Of a DNA stretch of 64,000 nt, positions 10,665 through 19,383 are shown in pieces; positions within the stretch are counted from its first letter, which is position 1; each line of letters begins with the position of its first letter. The position numbers and the translations under genes are program-made. The notes under the pieces were generated by a model. That model searched no databases. It saw only the letters and a program-made list of their open reading frames with translations, and was not told where the DNA came from. The stretch is from positions 3,168,001 to 3,232,000 of the forward strand of contig OZ242320.1 in assembly GCA_965208125.1 (NCBI GenBank), written 5' to 3'. This stretch comes from Candidatus Latescibacterota bacterium. Lineage in GTDB: Bacteria > Latescibacterota > UBA2968.

Positions 10665-10734
10665 GATTAAAAATATAAAAAAGCCCAAAATAATTTGTTG
10701 TAAAGTAACGTATTAGAGGCTATAAAGATCTAAA

Positions 10735-11157
10735 CTATCCCCATGCCTTGCCGCTGGCGCGCCTGCGACGCTTGCTGCCGGGCAGGTCTTTTTTGGCAAC
10801 GGCAAAGCCGAGTAGCCCTTTTTGCCCGAGCTTTTTGAGATAGGCAAGCAGGGATATTTCGGCTTCTTTCACATTGAGTTGGTGGGTTTTGCTCAGGCGT
10901 TTGATGATGGCTTCGACGGTTGTGCGCCCGTCGCACATATCCCAGACCTGTGCGCCAATTTCGTCGAGTACCAGTGTTTTTTGTTGGGGAATCCAAAAAA
11001 TTTTAGATAGCGCGCGCACTTTCCACGAATCGCCGCGGGTAAGGGTGACGTGGATCTCGCCATCGTCGTTTTTTTCCCATTCGACCTGGTTGTTGCGAAC
11101 GGGCTTGGATTTGAACATGGCCTCGCGGCCAATTTTGGGTTGTTTTTTGAATAGCAT
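10735..11157 (-). CDS. PqqD family / RiPP recognition element-like protein
   Basis: 'LDEIGAQVWDMCDGRTTVEAIIKRL...AYLKKLGQKGLL' PqqD winged-helix pattern; RBS GGAG. Confidence 0.8.
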   Translation of the reverse strand: MLFKKQPKIGREAMFKSKPVRNNQVEWEKNDDGEIHVTLTRGDSWKVRALSKIFWIPQQKTLVLDEIGAQVWDMCDGRTTVEAIIKRLSKTHQLNVKEAEISLLAYLKKLGQKGLLGFAVAKKDLPGSKRRRRASGKAWG

Positions 11158-11176
11158 AACAGGACTCCGCATTCTG

Positions 11177-12118
11177 TCAGGAAATGGCTGTTACATCCTT
11201 GCAATAGGCATCGAGGTTTGGGGCACCTTCGGAGTTTTTCCAGAAGGTCTGTACAACAAAAATTTTATTGGTCTCCATATCGGTCCAAATCCGTCCCGAA
11301 AGATTCTGGCGGGGGCGCATGTTCCAAAAGGGCAGGGGTTGAAGAAGGCCCTGCCACCGGCTTTTAGGGCGTCCATTGACCGAGAGTACGATGTTGGAAC
11401 CCCGGGTTTGGATATCGGTTTCAATGTGAATATGTCGAAGGTCTTTTGTAAAAAATTCAACATACCATTCATCGAGGTCTTTGCTATTGAGGATTGTGCG
11501 CGCCAGGCTGAAACGGTCAATATTGAGTCGCGTGCTGTCTTTTTGAAATCTCAAGCCTATATGCCCGGATTTGAGTTCAAAATTTTCGAGTTCGTATTCT
11601 GGGGGCGATTGACAGATCAGGTCGTAGAGCGCCCAGGTCAGGGGACCGCCGGGCGGGGTGTCCCGAAGGGTGTTGAGGACGAGGGGCAGAACGGGGTCGA
11701 GGTTTTCATCTGTGCGCCCCATAATGCGAATAAAAATGAGACGGTCTGAAGCGGGACTATACGTTGCGAGGGTGTGTACTGTGTAACGCGATTCCCAAAC
11801 AAAATACTGCGTGTTTTGCATGGCGGGAAGATCGAGGTCAAGGGCTTTGGGGTTGCGTTCAACGCGGAGGCGGCTTTTTTGTTTTTTGGCATTTTTTGCC
11901 AGACCTTCGATGTAGCGATCCACAATTTGCGCCACGCGGTCATCCCCTCGCGCTTCTTTCCATTCGAGTTCGAGGCGCGCAATTTGAGAATCGTCGAGGC
12001 GCACTTCGCCCGAGTTGGCCTCCCCCGATATTTTGCCGGGGTTCCATTCCGATGGAATGGTCAAGCCGATGCCATGCCATGCAAAGGGTATATATTCGTC
12101 AAATATGAGGTTTTTCAT
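11177..12118 (-). CDS. Hypothetical protein (313 aa), co-transcribed with PqqD-like gene
   Basis: Long ORF with RBS and its own promoter; no family recognised. Confidence 0.7.
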   Translation of the reverse strand: MKNLIFDEYIPFAWHGIGLTIPSEWNPGKISGEANSGEVRLDDSQIARLELEWKEARGDDRVAQIVDRYIEGLAKNAKKQKSRLRVERNPKALDLDLPAMQNTQYFVWESRYTVHTLATYSPASDRLIFIRIMGRTDENLDPVLPLVLNTLRDTPPGGPLTWALYDLICQSPPEYELENFELKSGHIGLRFQKDSTRLNIDRFSLARTILNSKDLDEWYVEFFTKDLRHIHIETDIQTRGSNIVLSVNGRPKSRWQGLLQPLPFWNMRPRQNLSGRIWTDMETNKIFVVQTFWKNSEGAPNLDAYCKDVTAIS

Positions 12119-12163
12119 GGTGCTTTTTCCGTTCGGTGCTCGTGTGTCTGCGCTCACACAGAT

Positions 12164-12192
12164 AAGATACAAGGGGGTATTTGCGGTGTCAA
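12164..12192 (-). promoter_or_regulatory. Sigma70-type promoter of hypothetical-pqqD operon
   Basis: TTGACA-17nt-TATCTT on the minus strand. Confidence 0.65.
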
Positions 12193-12283
12193 GAGAGGAT
12201 ATATAGATGTATTTACGGTGTTTAGTGTGGGTGAAATAGGGAAAGATGATACCTTTTTGGGGAGAATTATTTGAGATGAAAAC

Positions 12284-12312
12284 TTGACAGATGCACGAAC
12301 GTGCACTATATT
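12284..12312 (+). promoter_or_regulatory. lexA promoter with LexA (SOS) box TGCAC-GAAC-GTGCA in the spacer
   Basis: TTGACA-17nt-TATATT; palindrome at 12292-12305 fits the Fibrobacter-type TGCNC-N4-GTGCA box. Confidence 0.8.
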
Positions 12313-12368
12313 CAAATGTGCAGGTTATGGATATACGCGTTTTTGGACTAATTAAAAGGAGGTGTGTT

Positions 12369-12998
12369 ATGCGAAAAAAACTAACTGCGCGCCAGCAGGA
12401 GATATACGATTTTATTGCTCAGGTGATTCGCAACCAGGGATATCCGCCTACGATCCGAGAAATTATGGAGGCTTTTGGCATTGCTTCAACCAATGGTGTG
12501 CGAACCACGCTGTCTGCATTGGAAAAAAAGGGTTATATTCGGCGGACTGCCATGTTGTCGCGCAGCATTGAGTTGACGGATTATCAGGCACGCGATGCAT
12601 CGCTTTCCGGGGATGTGCGCGAAGTGCCAGTGATTGGGCGCATTGCTGCCGGTGAACCGATTCTGGCGATGGAAAATATTGAGAGCACGCTTGCGGTAGA
12701 TTCCGGGTTCGTGCCGCGCGGCGATGTTTTTGCCCTTCAGGTTGAGGGTGATAGCATGCGCGATGCAGGGATATTAGATGGCGATTTTGTGCTCGCGCGC
12801 CATCAAGAATCCGCCCATCAAGGTGAGATTGTCGTGGCTGTGATTGGCGAAGAAGCGACGGTTAAGCGCTACTATCGAGAGGGGGCACAAGTCAAGCTGA
12901 TGCCCGAAAATGAAGCCTATCAACCCATTGTGGTAGGTGAAAGCCACGAGTCATTCCGAATTGCCGGCAAAATTGTGGGTCTGATGCGATCTTTTTAG
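12369..12998 (+). CDS. lexA: SOS repressor LexA
   Basis: HTH 'YPPTIREI', Ala-Gly cleavage 'IAAGEP', Ser 'GDSM', Lys 'TVKR'; RBS AGGAGG. Confidence 0.96.
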   Translation: MRKKLTARQQEIYDFIAQVIRNQGYPPTIREIMEAFGIASTNGVRTTLSALEKKGYIRRTAMLSRSIELTDYQARDASLSGDVREVPVIGRIAAGEPILAMENIESTLAVDSGFVPRGDVFALQVEGDSMRDAGILDGDFVLARHQESAHQGEIVVAVIGEEATVKRYYREGAQVKLMPENEAYQPIVVGESHESFRIAGKIVGLMRSF

Positions 12999-13022
12999 AT
13001 GGGGCGGACGATCCGTCGATCC

Positions 13023-13051
13023 GTAGGTGCGGGTTTCAAACCCGCACCTAC
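13023..13051. repeat. GTAG REP-like perfect palindrome, also a likely lexA terminator
   Basis: GTAGGTGCGGGTTT-C-AAACCCGCACCTAC followed by a T tract. Confidence 0.75.
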
Positions 13052-13057
13052 TTTTTT

Positions 13058-14155
13058 TTATTTTTTTTGCCTGAAATGCATGCCGGGTAGCTGTTCGACC
13101 TGGCCCTTGATTTCGAGGCTCAAGAGGATGTTGAGGGTTTCTCCAGAAGAGAATCCCACTGCTTTGGTGAGGGCGTCAATATGTACCGAGGTCGCATCGG
13201 CAGACAGGCTGCTAAGAGCGTCCCATACGCGTTGTTCTCGGTCGGATAAAACAGGTTGCTCAGAGGGTTGAGGGGGGAGCGGTGACCGATGTTCAATTTC
13301 GCTCAAGATGTCTTGTGTCGTTTGTACGAGAATGGCTCCCTGGCTGAGAAGGCTATTTGTGCCCTGACTTTTGCCCGAATAAATCGGACCGGGTACGGCA
13401 AAGACATCGCGGTTCTGGTCAAGCGCAAATTGAGCTGTGATGAGTGCGCCGCTCTGTTTGCCCGCTTCAACAACGACTGTGCCGAGGCTCAAGCCACTGA
13501 TAATGCGGTTGCGTCTTGGAAAGTTGTGGGCTTCAGGGCCTGTGCCCATTGGAAATTCTGAGAAGACCACACCGCGTTCACATATTTGCTCAAATAGGGT
13601 GCGATTTTCAGGTGGATAGGGGCAATCTAAACTGCTGCCCAGCACCGCTGCTGTTGCGCCGTGTTCGAGTGCTCCCCGGTGTGCATGGGTATCAATGCCA
13701 ACGGCCATGCCGCTGACCACTGTTATCCCCGCTCTGGCGAGATCACTTCCCAGGCGATGGGCGGTTTCCCGTCCATAAGCCGTGAAAGAGCGCGAACCGA
13801 CAATGCTAATGGTAGGGCTGTGACACAGGCTTATATCGCCTTTTGCAAAGAGCAGAGGTGGGGGGGCGTAGATTTGATTTAGTATTTCGGGGTAGAGGGG
13901 ATCGGTGAGCGTACAGATTTGGATGTCGAGGTCTTTTGCGCGTGCGATTTGATCTCGCGCCCATGCCCAGTTCCGTTTGGTAGAGATAGATTGCGCGGTG
14001 CTGGGACCAATGCCGGGGATCCCGCACAGTGCTCTGGGAGACTGGGACAGAATATTTTCCGGCGTTTCAAAATGTTCGAGAAGAGCGCAATAGGCGGCGG
14101 GACCCAGACCCGGTACCGCGTAGAGTACCAGCCAGGGTAGAGTGTGGTCACACAT
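13058..14155 (-). CDS. dprA: DNA-processing protein DprA
   Basis: 'IVGSR', 'VSGMAVGIDTHAH', 'FPRRNRIISGLS', 'SGALITA', C-terminal winged helix. Confidence 0.95.
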   Translation of the reverse strand: MCDHTLPWLVLYAVPGLGPAAYCALLEHFETPENILSQSPRALCGIPGIGPSTAQSISTKRNWAWARDQIARAKDLDIQICTLTDPLYPEILNQIYAPPPLLFAKGDISLCHSPTISIVGSRSFTAYGRETAHRLGSDLARAGITVVSGMAVGIDTHAHRGALEHGATAAVLGSSLDCPYPPENRTLFEQICERGVVFSEFPMGTGPEAHNFPRRNRIISGLSLGTVVVEAGKQSGALITAQFALDQNRDVFAVPGPIYSGKSQGTNSLLSQGAILVQTTQDILSEIEHRSPLPPQPSEQPVLSDREQRVWDALSSLSADATSVHIDALTKAVGFSSGETLNILLSLEIKGQVEQLPGMHFRQKK

Positions 14156-14193
14156 AATGTCTCGTTTGAGATGGAGTTTTTGGGGATATAGAC

Positions 14194-14210
14194 AGCAATG
14201 TTTATGCCAA
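14194..14210 (-). promoter_or_regulatory. Putative sigma54 (-24/-12) promoter for dprA
   Basis: TTGGCATAAACATTGCT on the minus strand: GG-N10-GC, about 40 nt before the ATG. Confidence 0.55.
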
Positions 14211-14239
14211 AAAAAAAGCCCGTTAAATGGGCTTTTTTT
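14209..14239. terminator. Terminator after sulfatase
   Basis: A9-GCCCG-TTAAA-TGGGC-T7. Confidence 0.55.
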
Positions 14240-14308
14240 CTTTATAGAGTGAACCTTTTGTTCAAAATGCGGATGATGGGTTGAAATATTTGAAAGCGGG
14301 ATAGCCTT

Positions 14309-15799
14309 TCATTTTTCGCCTCTCTCCACTGAATACCCGGGGATATTGTAGAGGGGAACCGCCCATCCCGCATCCTGAATTAACAAATTTGCATCCGCGC
14401 TTTTGGGTTCAGAAATCGCGCCAAAGTCTTTCCATTGGTTGCCGTCCAGAGGGTCGGTATAGCTTTCGTTTTGGAAAAAGCCTATTAGCTTTTCACGCAT
14501 TGTTTTTACTTCGGAGGCGTACAGGATATTGTACGCACAGTTGCGCGTTTCCTCTGCATCTGTGCGGTGATCGAGCAGGTATTCCTTTTGGTCGCCCGCC
14601 GAATAGATGTATTTCAAATTGCCGTCATAGGCCATGTACATACCGCGTTGTCCGCGCTGAATCTGACCGTAAATCATTCGTTCACGCCCATTGCCGACGA
14701 AGTCGGCCATGTCCAGGCCGTCTAAATCTGCGTTGTGATCGGAAATACCTGCTGCGCCCAAAAATGTGGGGATCAGGTCCATTAATCCACACGGTGTTTC
14801 TTCTACAACACCGCGAGGGAAGCGCTCGGGATAGCGCACCAGCATGGGCACTCGGGCTGCTGGATCGAGAAAGCTGCGTTTGCCAAAACAGTTGTAATCC
14901 CCCAATAGTTCACCGTGATCCGATGACCAGGCAATGAGGGTGTTGTCCAGTTCGCCCTGTTGTTCGAGTTCGTCAATGATCCTGCCCACGCTGTAGTCGA
15001 TGAACGATATGCACGCCCAGTAATACCCGCGCATGACCTGCAACATGCGATTGTCCAATCCCGCATCGCGGTACTTGTATCGATTCTGATGGCGGTTGAA
15101 ATGCGTCCACAGGTCTTCCATGTCATCGGGGCGTTTGGGAAAGGGCATCAGGGAACCGCGATAGAGTTTGTTCCAGGGCGTTGGCGGTGAAAAGGGTGGA
15201 TGTGGATGGATAAAACTCGACCACAGGAAGAACGGTTTGGATGTGTCGCGGTTTTTCAGAAAGTCAATGCTGCGGTCCGCGACCCAGGCCGTTGGATGGT
15301 GGCGTGCGGGAAGTTGAGAAATTTGCGGGATATAATACATTTCTCCTCTTGCGCCCATTGGATCGTGTACATAGTCATAGCCGTGTGCATGTAGATATTT
15401 TAGATAATCGTTTGCATCAGTTGTTCCCGAGATTTCTTCCTGTACATCTCGTGCATGAAACCCCCGCAGTCCTCCACGATCACCGGTAAAGTGCATTTTG
15501 CCCACTCCGTGACAGAGGTACCCGCCCTGTGCGAGGAGGTCCATCAGCGATGGGCGGTCTGTCGGTTGTCGAAATCCATTGTCAAAGCATCCATTTTTGT
15601 GCGGATACTGTCCGGTAATAAGGGATGCGCGGGCCGATACACAAACGGGCGAGGGCGTGTATCCTTTGGTGAAATTTACTCCTTCATGGCACAACCGATC
15701 CATTACTGGCGTGCGAATATGCGGATTGCCTGCCGCGTGAATGGTGTCCCAGCGTTGCTGGTCGGTAAATGCGAATAGAATATTGGGTTGTTTAGGCAT
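14309..15799 (-). CDS. Sulfatase (S1, choline-sulfatase-like), cytoplasmic
   Basis: 'PNILFAFTDQQR', FGly motif 'CVSARASLITG', 'GKMHF', 'SDHGELLGD'. Confidence 0.92.
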   Translation of the reverse strand: MPKQPNILFAFTDQQRWDTIHAAGNPHIRTPVMDRLCHEGVNFTKGYTPSPVCVSARASLITGQYPHKNGCFDNGFRQPTDRPSLMDLLAQGGYLCHGVGKMHFTGDRGGLRGFHARDVQEEISGTTDANDYLKYLHAHGYDYVHDPMGARGEMYYIPQISQLPARHHPTAWVADRSIDFLKNRDTSKPFFLWSSFIHPHPPFSPPTPWNKLYRGSLMPFPKRPDDMEDLWTHFNRHQNRYKYRDAGLDNRMLQVMRGYYWACISFIDYSVGRIIDELEQQGELDNTLIAWSSDHGELLGDYNCFGKRSFLDPAARVPMLVRYPERFPRGVVEETPCGLMDLIPTFLGAAGISDHNADLDGLDMADFVGNGRERMIYGQIQRGQRGMYMAYDGNLKYIYSAGDQKEYLLDHRTDAEETRNCAYNILYASEVKTMREKLIGFFQNESYTDPLDGNQWKDFGAISEPKSADANLLIQDAGWAVPLYNIPGYSVERGEK

Positions 15800-15846
15800 T
15801 TTTCACTCCCTGGAGAATACTGACTTAACCCTCGTCAGCACATGTT

Positions 15847-17127
15847 TTAATAACTCGAAGCTTTCATGTAAAAACACAGCCAGAATCCCATCAAAACGGT
15901 GGTGGCAGATAGGGCAAACACACCTTGAAGATGTACGAGGTCTGCGAGTATGCCTCCAAATATGGGATAGAGCGAACCAATGCCCAGCACGGTGTTGGTG
16001 ATGCCGATATAGGTTGGGCGACGCTCTGCTGGCGCGATGTCCAAAAGATAACTTTTGAATCCAATAAAGATGCCCGTTGTCGTTCCGCCTATTAAGAGAA
16101 AAATTGGCGAAAAGCAAGCCGCGATTATCCACTCAGACGTGTGTTGCAACAAACTCGCCTGGTTGCTCAAGATCAATGCCATACACGGAATTAGAGCCAC
16201 GCCCAGCACGGCGAACAAGACCACGCGGTGGTTTCCGTAATTGAGAGAGAGTTTTCCCCATATTATATTAAAAATAGCTGCGCCTATGGTTTGTATGGCC
16301 AAAAAAAGGCCGACTGTGCTTTCCGAGATGTAAAATGTCTCTCGGGCGAGTACCACGTAAAACGGGAGTGAGAATCCGATGCCCGATGCCAGCATTTGAA
16401 CCAGGAGGAACCGTCCAAAGTTGCGGTCGCGGCGCAGTAATTGAGGAATACCGCGAATCACCTGAATGGCATTTCGGTGGGTCGTGCCCATCTCGCCTTC
16501 TGGCTCTCGAACCAGACAGAAGCACCCGATGCCCAGACTCATCATTCCGGCACCCATCGCGAAGATCATGACATAATTTATCGGAAAGTTATAACCGCTA
16601 TCTGAGTCGAGAAAATACTTGACCAATATGCCCGCGAGAATGCTCAATACGCCGCCGAGAAATGAACGGGATGCGTAAAATAATCCGGTGTGCGACCTCG
16701 GCAGAGATCTGCCCACAATATCTGTATAGGCATTGCCCGCGGGGCCTCCAAAAAGAGAGGCGATGCCATATAGAATGAGAAAGCTGCTCAATACCAGACT
16801 GGGCCGTTCGAGTCCGTACCACGCGAGTAGTGGCACGATTGTCCAGATCAGCGACATGCGAATGAGGTTGGCCTGTCTGTACACAGGTAGCCGACGCGCA
16901 CGCCGCTCCAGATATCCCGCCACGAGCAATTGGGGCAAATGCCAACCTGCGCGGTGTAGAGAAGCGGCCAGGCCGACCAGCGTATCTGAGGTTGTAAAAT
17001 GCCGAATAAAAACAGGTAAGACTGTGGTGGGGTCCAAAAATGCCGTGCCAAATGCGAAGATGCCGCCATTTAATGTTCCCACAATAAAGTTGAACCGCGC
17101 ATTGCCCTTTTCAGGTAAGAATCCCAA
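15847..17127 (-). CDS. MFS transporter
   Basis: About 12 TM helices, 'DPTTVLPVF', 'IAPAERRPTYIG'. Confidence 0.85.
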   Translation of the reverse strand: MGFLPEKGNARFNFIVGTLNGGIFAFGTAFLDPTTVLPVFIRHFTTSDTLVGLAASLHRAGWHLPQLLVAGYLERRARRLPVYRQANLIRMSLIWTIVPLLAWYGLERPSLVLSSFLILYGIASLFGGPAGNAYTDIVGRSLPRSHTGLFYASRSFLGGVLSILAGILVKYFLDSDSGYNFPINYVMIFAMGAGMMSLGIGCFCLVREPEGEMGTTHRNAIQVIRGIPQLLRRDRNFGRFLLVQMLASGIGFSLPFYVVLARETFYISESTVGLFLAIQTIGAAIFNIIWGKLSLNYGNHRVVLFAVLGVALIPCMALILSNQASLLQHTSEWIIAACFSPIFLLIGGTTTGIFIGFKSYLLDIAPAERRPTYIGITNTVLGIGSLYPIFGGILADLVHLQGVFALSATTVLMGFWLCFYMKASSY

Positions 17128-17254
17128 GGAATTGTCCCCACACCCGATGAACCGCTAAGTAGTTATACGCTGTTCCACAATATAATGCTTCTTGACAATC
17201 GGGAAACTCGTTTCTATATCTTGGTTATAGATTGATTTTTTTTAAGGAGATCCC

Positions 17255-17725
17255 ATGTCCAAAATTATCTATCTCGCCAGTCCCTATGGTTTTTCGTCTC
17301 AACAGAAACAGAAACTTTTGCCCGAGTTTGTTCAGGTGCTCGAGTCTCTCGGCGCAGAAGTGTGGGAGCCTTTTGGACGCAATAATCAGATTGACAAGGC
17401 ACAGCCTGGATGGGCGTATCAAATCGGGCAGGCAGATGTGCGCGATGTCAAAGAATCAGACGCGATATTTGCTATTGTCAATGGTACGCCTCCCGATGAA
17501 GGTGTGATGGTTGAGCTTGGGATTGCCATTGCTTTGGAAAAAAAGACCTTTCTGTTTCGAGATGATTTTCGCCGCTGTACCGATTCAGAAGACTATGCGC
17601 TTAACCTTATGCTCTTTACTGGTCTGCCGGAACACGGCTGGGAAGATTATTATTACACTTCTTTGGATGAAGTTGCCGATCCGGACAAGGCTCTGGTGCG
17701 CTGGCTGAATGGAGCGGTAGATTGA
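17255..17725 (+). CDS. Nucleoside 2-deoxyribosyltransferase family protein
   Basis: 'IYLASPYGF', 'DVKESDAIFAIVNGTPPDEGVMVELGIA', 'NLML'; promoter TTGACA-17-TATATC at 17192-17220. Confidence 0.88.
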   Translation: MSKIIYLASPYGFSSQQKQKLLPEFVQVLESLGAEVWEPFGRNNQIDKAQPGWAYQIGQADVRDVKESDAIFAIVNGTPPDEGVMVELGIAIALEKKTFLFRDDFRRCTDSEDYALNLMLFTGLPEHGWEDYYYTSLDEVADPDKALVRWLNGAVD

Positions 17726-17741
17726 CGATATGATGTGTTCT

Positions 17742-17776
17742 AAAAAAGGGGCAACCGGAAAAGGTCGCCCCTTTTT
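17742..17776. terminator. Bidirectional terminator
   Basis: AAAAAAGGGGCAACC-loop-GGTCGCCCCTTTTT between convergent genes. Confidence 0.75.
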
Positions 17777-17795
17777 ACTGTCTATTTGCTGTGCG

Positions 17796-19157
17796 TTATC
17801 GCGCAGCCTCTATGGCCTCGGCTTTCATTTTTTCTCTCTCCATATCATCCTGCCATCGCGCTTGAATGTCTTCGCGCAAACGCCAGAGTGGATCAAAATA
17901 AAAGAAAAATGTATCGGGTTTTACTACGGGACTGATATAGACGGCGATTCCGGTTTCCCTGTTGTAATGTTCATAGGAGTGCGCATCTCGTTTTCCGCCA
18001 CCGCCCAATGTATCTACAATAAATGTGGGCATGTTAAACCCGGATGTGGTGCCGCGTATGGCTTTTTCAATGGCGAGGCCATCGTCGAGCGTTGTACGCA
18101 GGTCTTCAACGCCGCGCACGAGGTCGTGGAAATACACGTAATAGGGTTGTACATTTAAGTAGCTCAACCGCTTGACCAGGAGTCTCATCGTCTCGGTGCT
18201 GTTATTCACGCCGCTTTGAAGTACTGCCTGGTTGCGTATTGTTATTCCGCGCGACTGTAGCCGATTAAGTCCGTCCTGGGTAATGCCGGTGATTTCGACG
18301 GGGTGATTAAAATGGGTGTGCAAGACGACTTCTTTGTGCATTTTGCGCCCGCGATCTACCACGCGCGTCAGCGCATCTACCCAGGCATCATCTGTGACGA
18401 GTTTTTGCGGCATGACCGCCGGACCTTTGGTCGCAAAGCGAAATCGCCGAATGTGGTCAATATCCAGCAGACGATTGCCCAGTTCTTCGAGTTGATCGGC
18501 TTTGAGTTGATACATGTCGCCGCCGCTGACCACTACGTCTTCGATTTCGGGACGCGATTGAATATACCCAATCGCATTGTCCCAGCGCGCGCGATTGACC
18601 CGCAAATTTACCTTTTCCACATCTTCTGTATCCAGTCCTACGGCATAGCTGCGGGTGCAAAATCGGCAATATACGGGACAGGTATCCAATACGAGGAATA
18701 ACACGCGGTCTGGGTAGCGATGTGTCAATCCCTCAACGGGGGCATCTCCCAATTCATTGAGCGAATCGAGGTGCAGCTCGGGATGATCGCTCTCTTGCTC
18801 GCATCTGAGAGATAAAAATTGTTTGCGAAGCGGATCGCGATACGGGTCATCCCAATTGATCAAGCTCGTGATATACGGCGAAATACGCACGCTCATGGGC
18901 GCGTGTTGCAGACCCGCTGCGACTTCTTGATAAAAGTCATTGGGTACCCGATTCTCAAGTACTCGCATCAATTTGCCCACGCTGGTTATTGAATGGCGCA
19001 TCTGAAAGATGTGCGAGTGGAAGGTGCGCGCGTCTATGTCTGCAAATGCGGGGATATGTCGCCAAAATTCATCCCGACGCAGTTCGCGATGCGCGAGATC
19101 CTCGGGATCGACGGGCGGTTTTGTGCGATGTGAATACGCGGTTTCGGTAATGGCCAT
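17796..19157 (-). CDS. KamA family radical SAM aminomutase (lysine 2,3-aminomutase-like)
   Basis: 'LTHRYPDRVL', CPVYCRFC, 'SGGD', 'HTHFNHP', PLP-Lys 'GGGGK'. Confidence 0.9.
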   Translation of the reverse strand: MAITETAYSHRTKPPVDPEDLAHRELRRDEFWRHIPAFADIDARTFHSHIFQMRHSITSVGKLMRVLENRVPNDFYQEVAAGLQHAPMSVRISPYITSLINWDDPYRDPLRKQFLSLRCEQESDHPELHLDSLNELGDAPVEGLTHRYPDRVLFLVLDTCPVYCRFCTRSYAVGLDTEDVEKVNLRVNRARWDNAIGYIQSRPEIEDVVVSGGDMYQLKADQLEELGNRLLDIDHIRRFRFATKGPAVMPQKLVTDDAWVDALTRVVDRGRKMHKEVVLHTHFNHPVEITGITQDGLNRLQSRGITIRNQAVLQSGVNNSTETMRLLVKRLSYLNVQPYYVYFHDLVRGVEDLRTTLDDGLAIEKAIRGTTSGFNMPTFIVDTLGGGGKRDAHSYEHYNRETGIAVYISPVVKPDTFFFYFDPLWRLREDIQARWQDDMEREKMKAEAIEAAR

Positions 19158-19295
19158 TTTGCTACCTTTTTTAAAATGTATAGACGCCCAGATGCGTCTA
19201 TGAACAGGCCTGAGGCGTGGATACGCGTTTACGCCTGGCCTAAATTCTGCGTCTGGGAAACTATCTATAATACATCCACAGTATATGTCTGTCAA
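19158..19295 (-). promoter_or_regulatory. Promoter plus structured leader (candidate riboswitch/attenuator) of kamA-like gene
   Basis: TTGACA-17-TATTAT (19295-19267); about 100-nt leader with mutually exclusive pairings. Confidence 0.5.
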
Positions 19296-19383
19296 GTCTG
19301 GGCGCGGACAAAAACCTTGTCCGACTCGTTTGTTTATTTTACTTTAGAAAATCTGTTGCTATCATTCTGAATGGAATTTTTTT

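Noticed and set aside
10874-11749. 291-aa plus-strand ORF and similar long antisense ORFs (e.g. 6319-7032, 25304-26089)
   Set aside because: Shadow frames of well-supported genes; no motifs
17796-19157. KamA protein as the RiPP maturase partner of the PqqD-like protein
   Set aside because: It is a PLP-dependent aminomutase type with no SPASM domain, 6.6 kb away in a separate transcription unit
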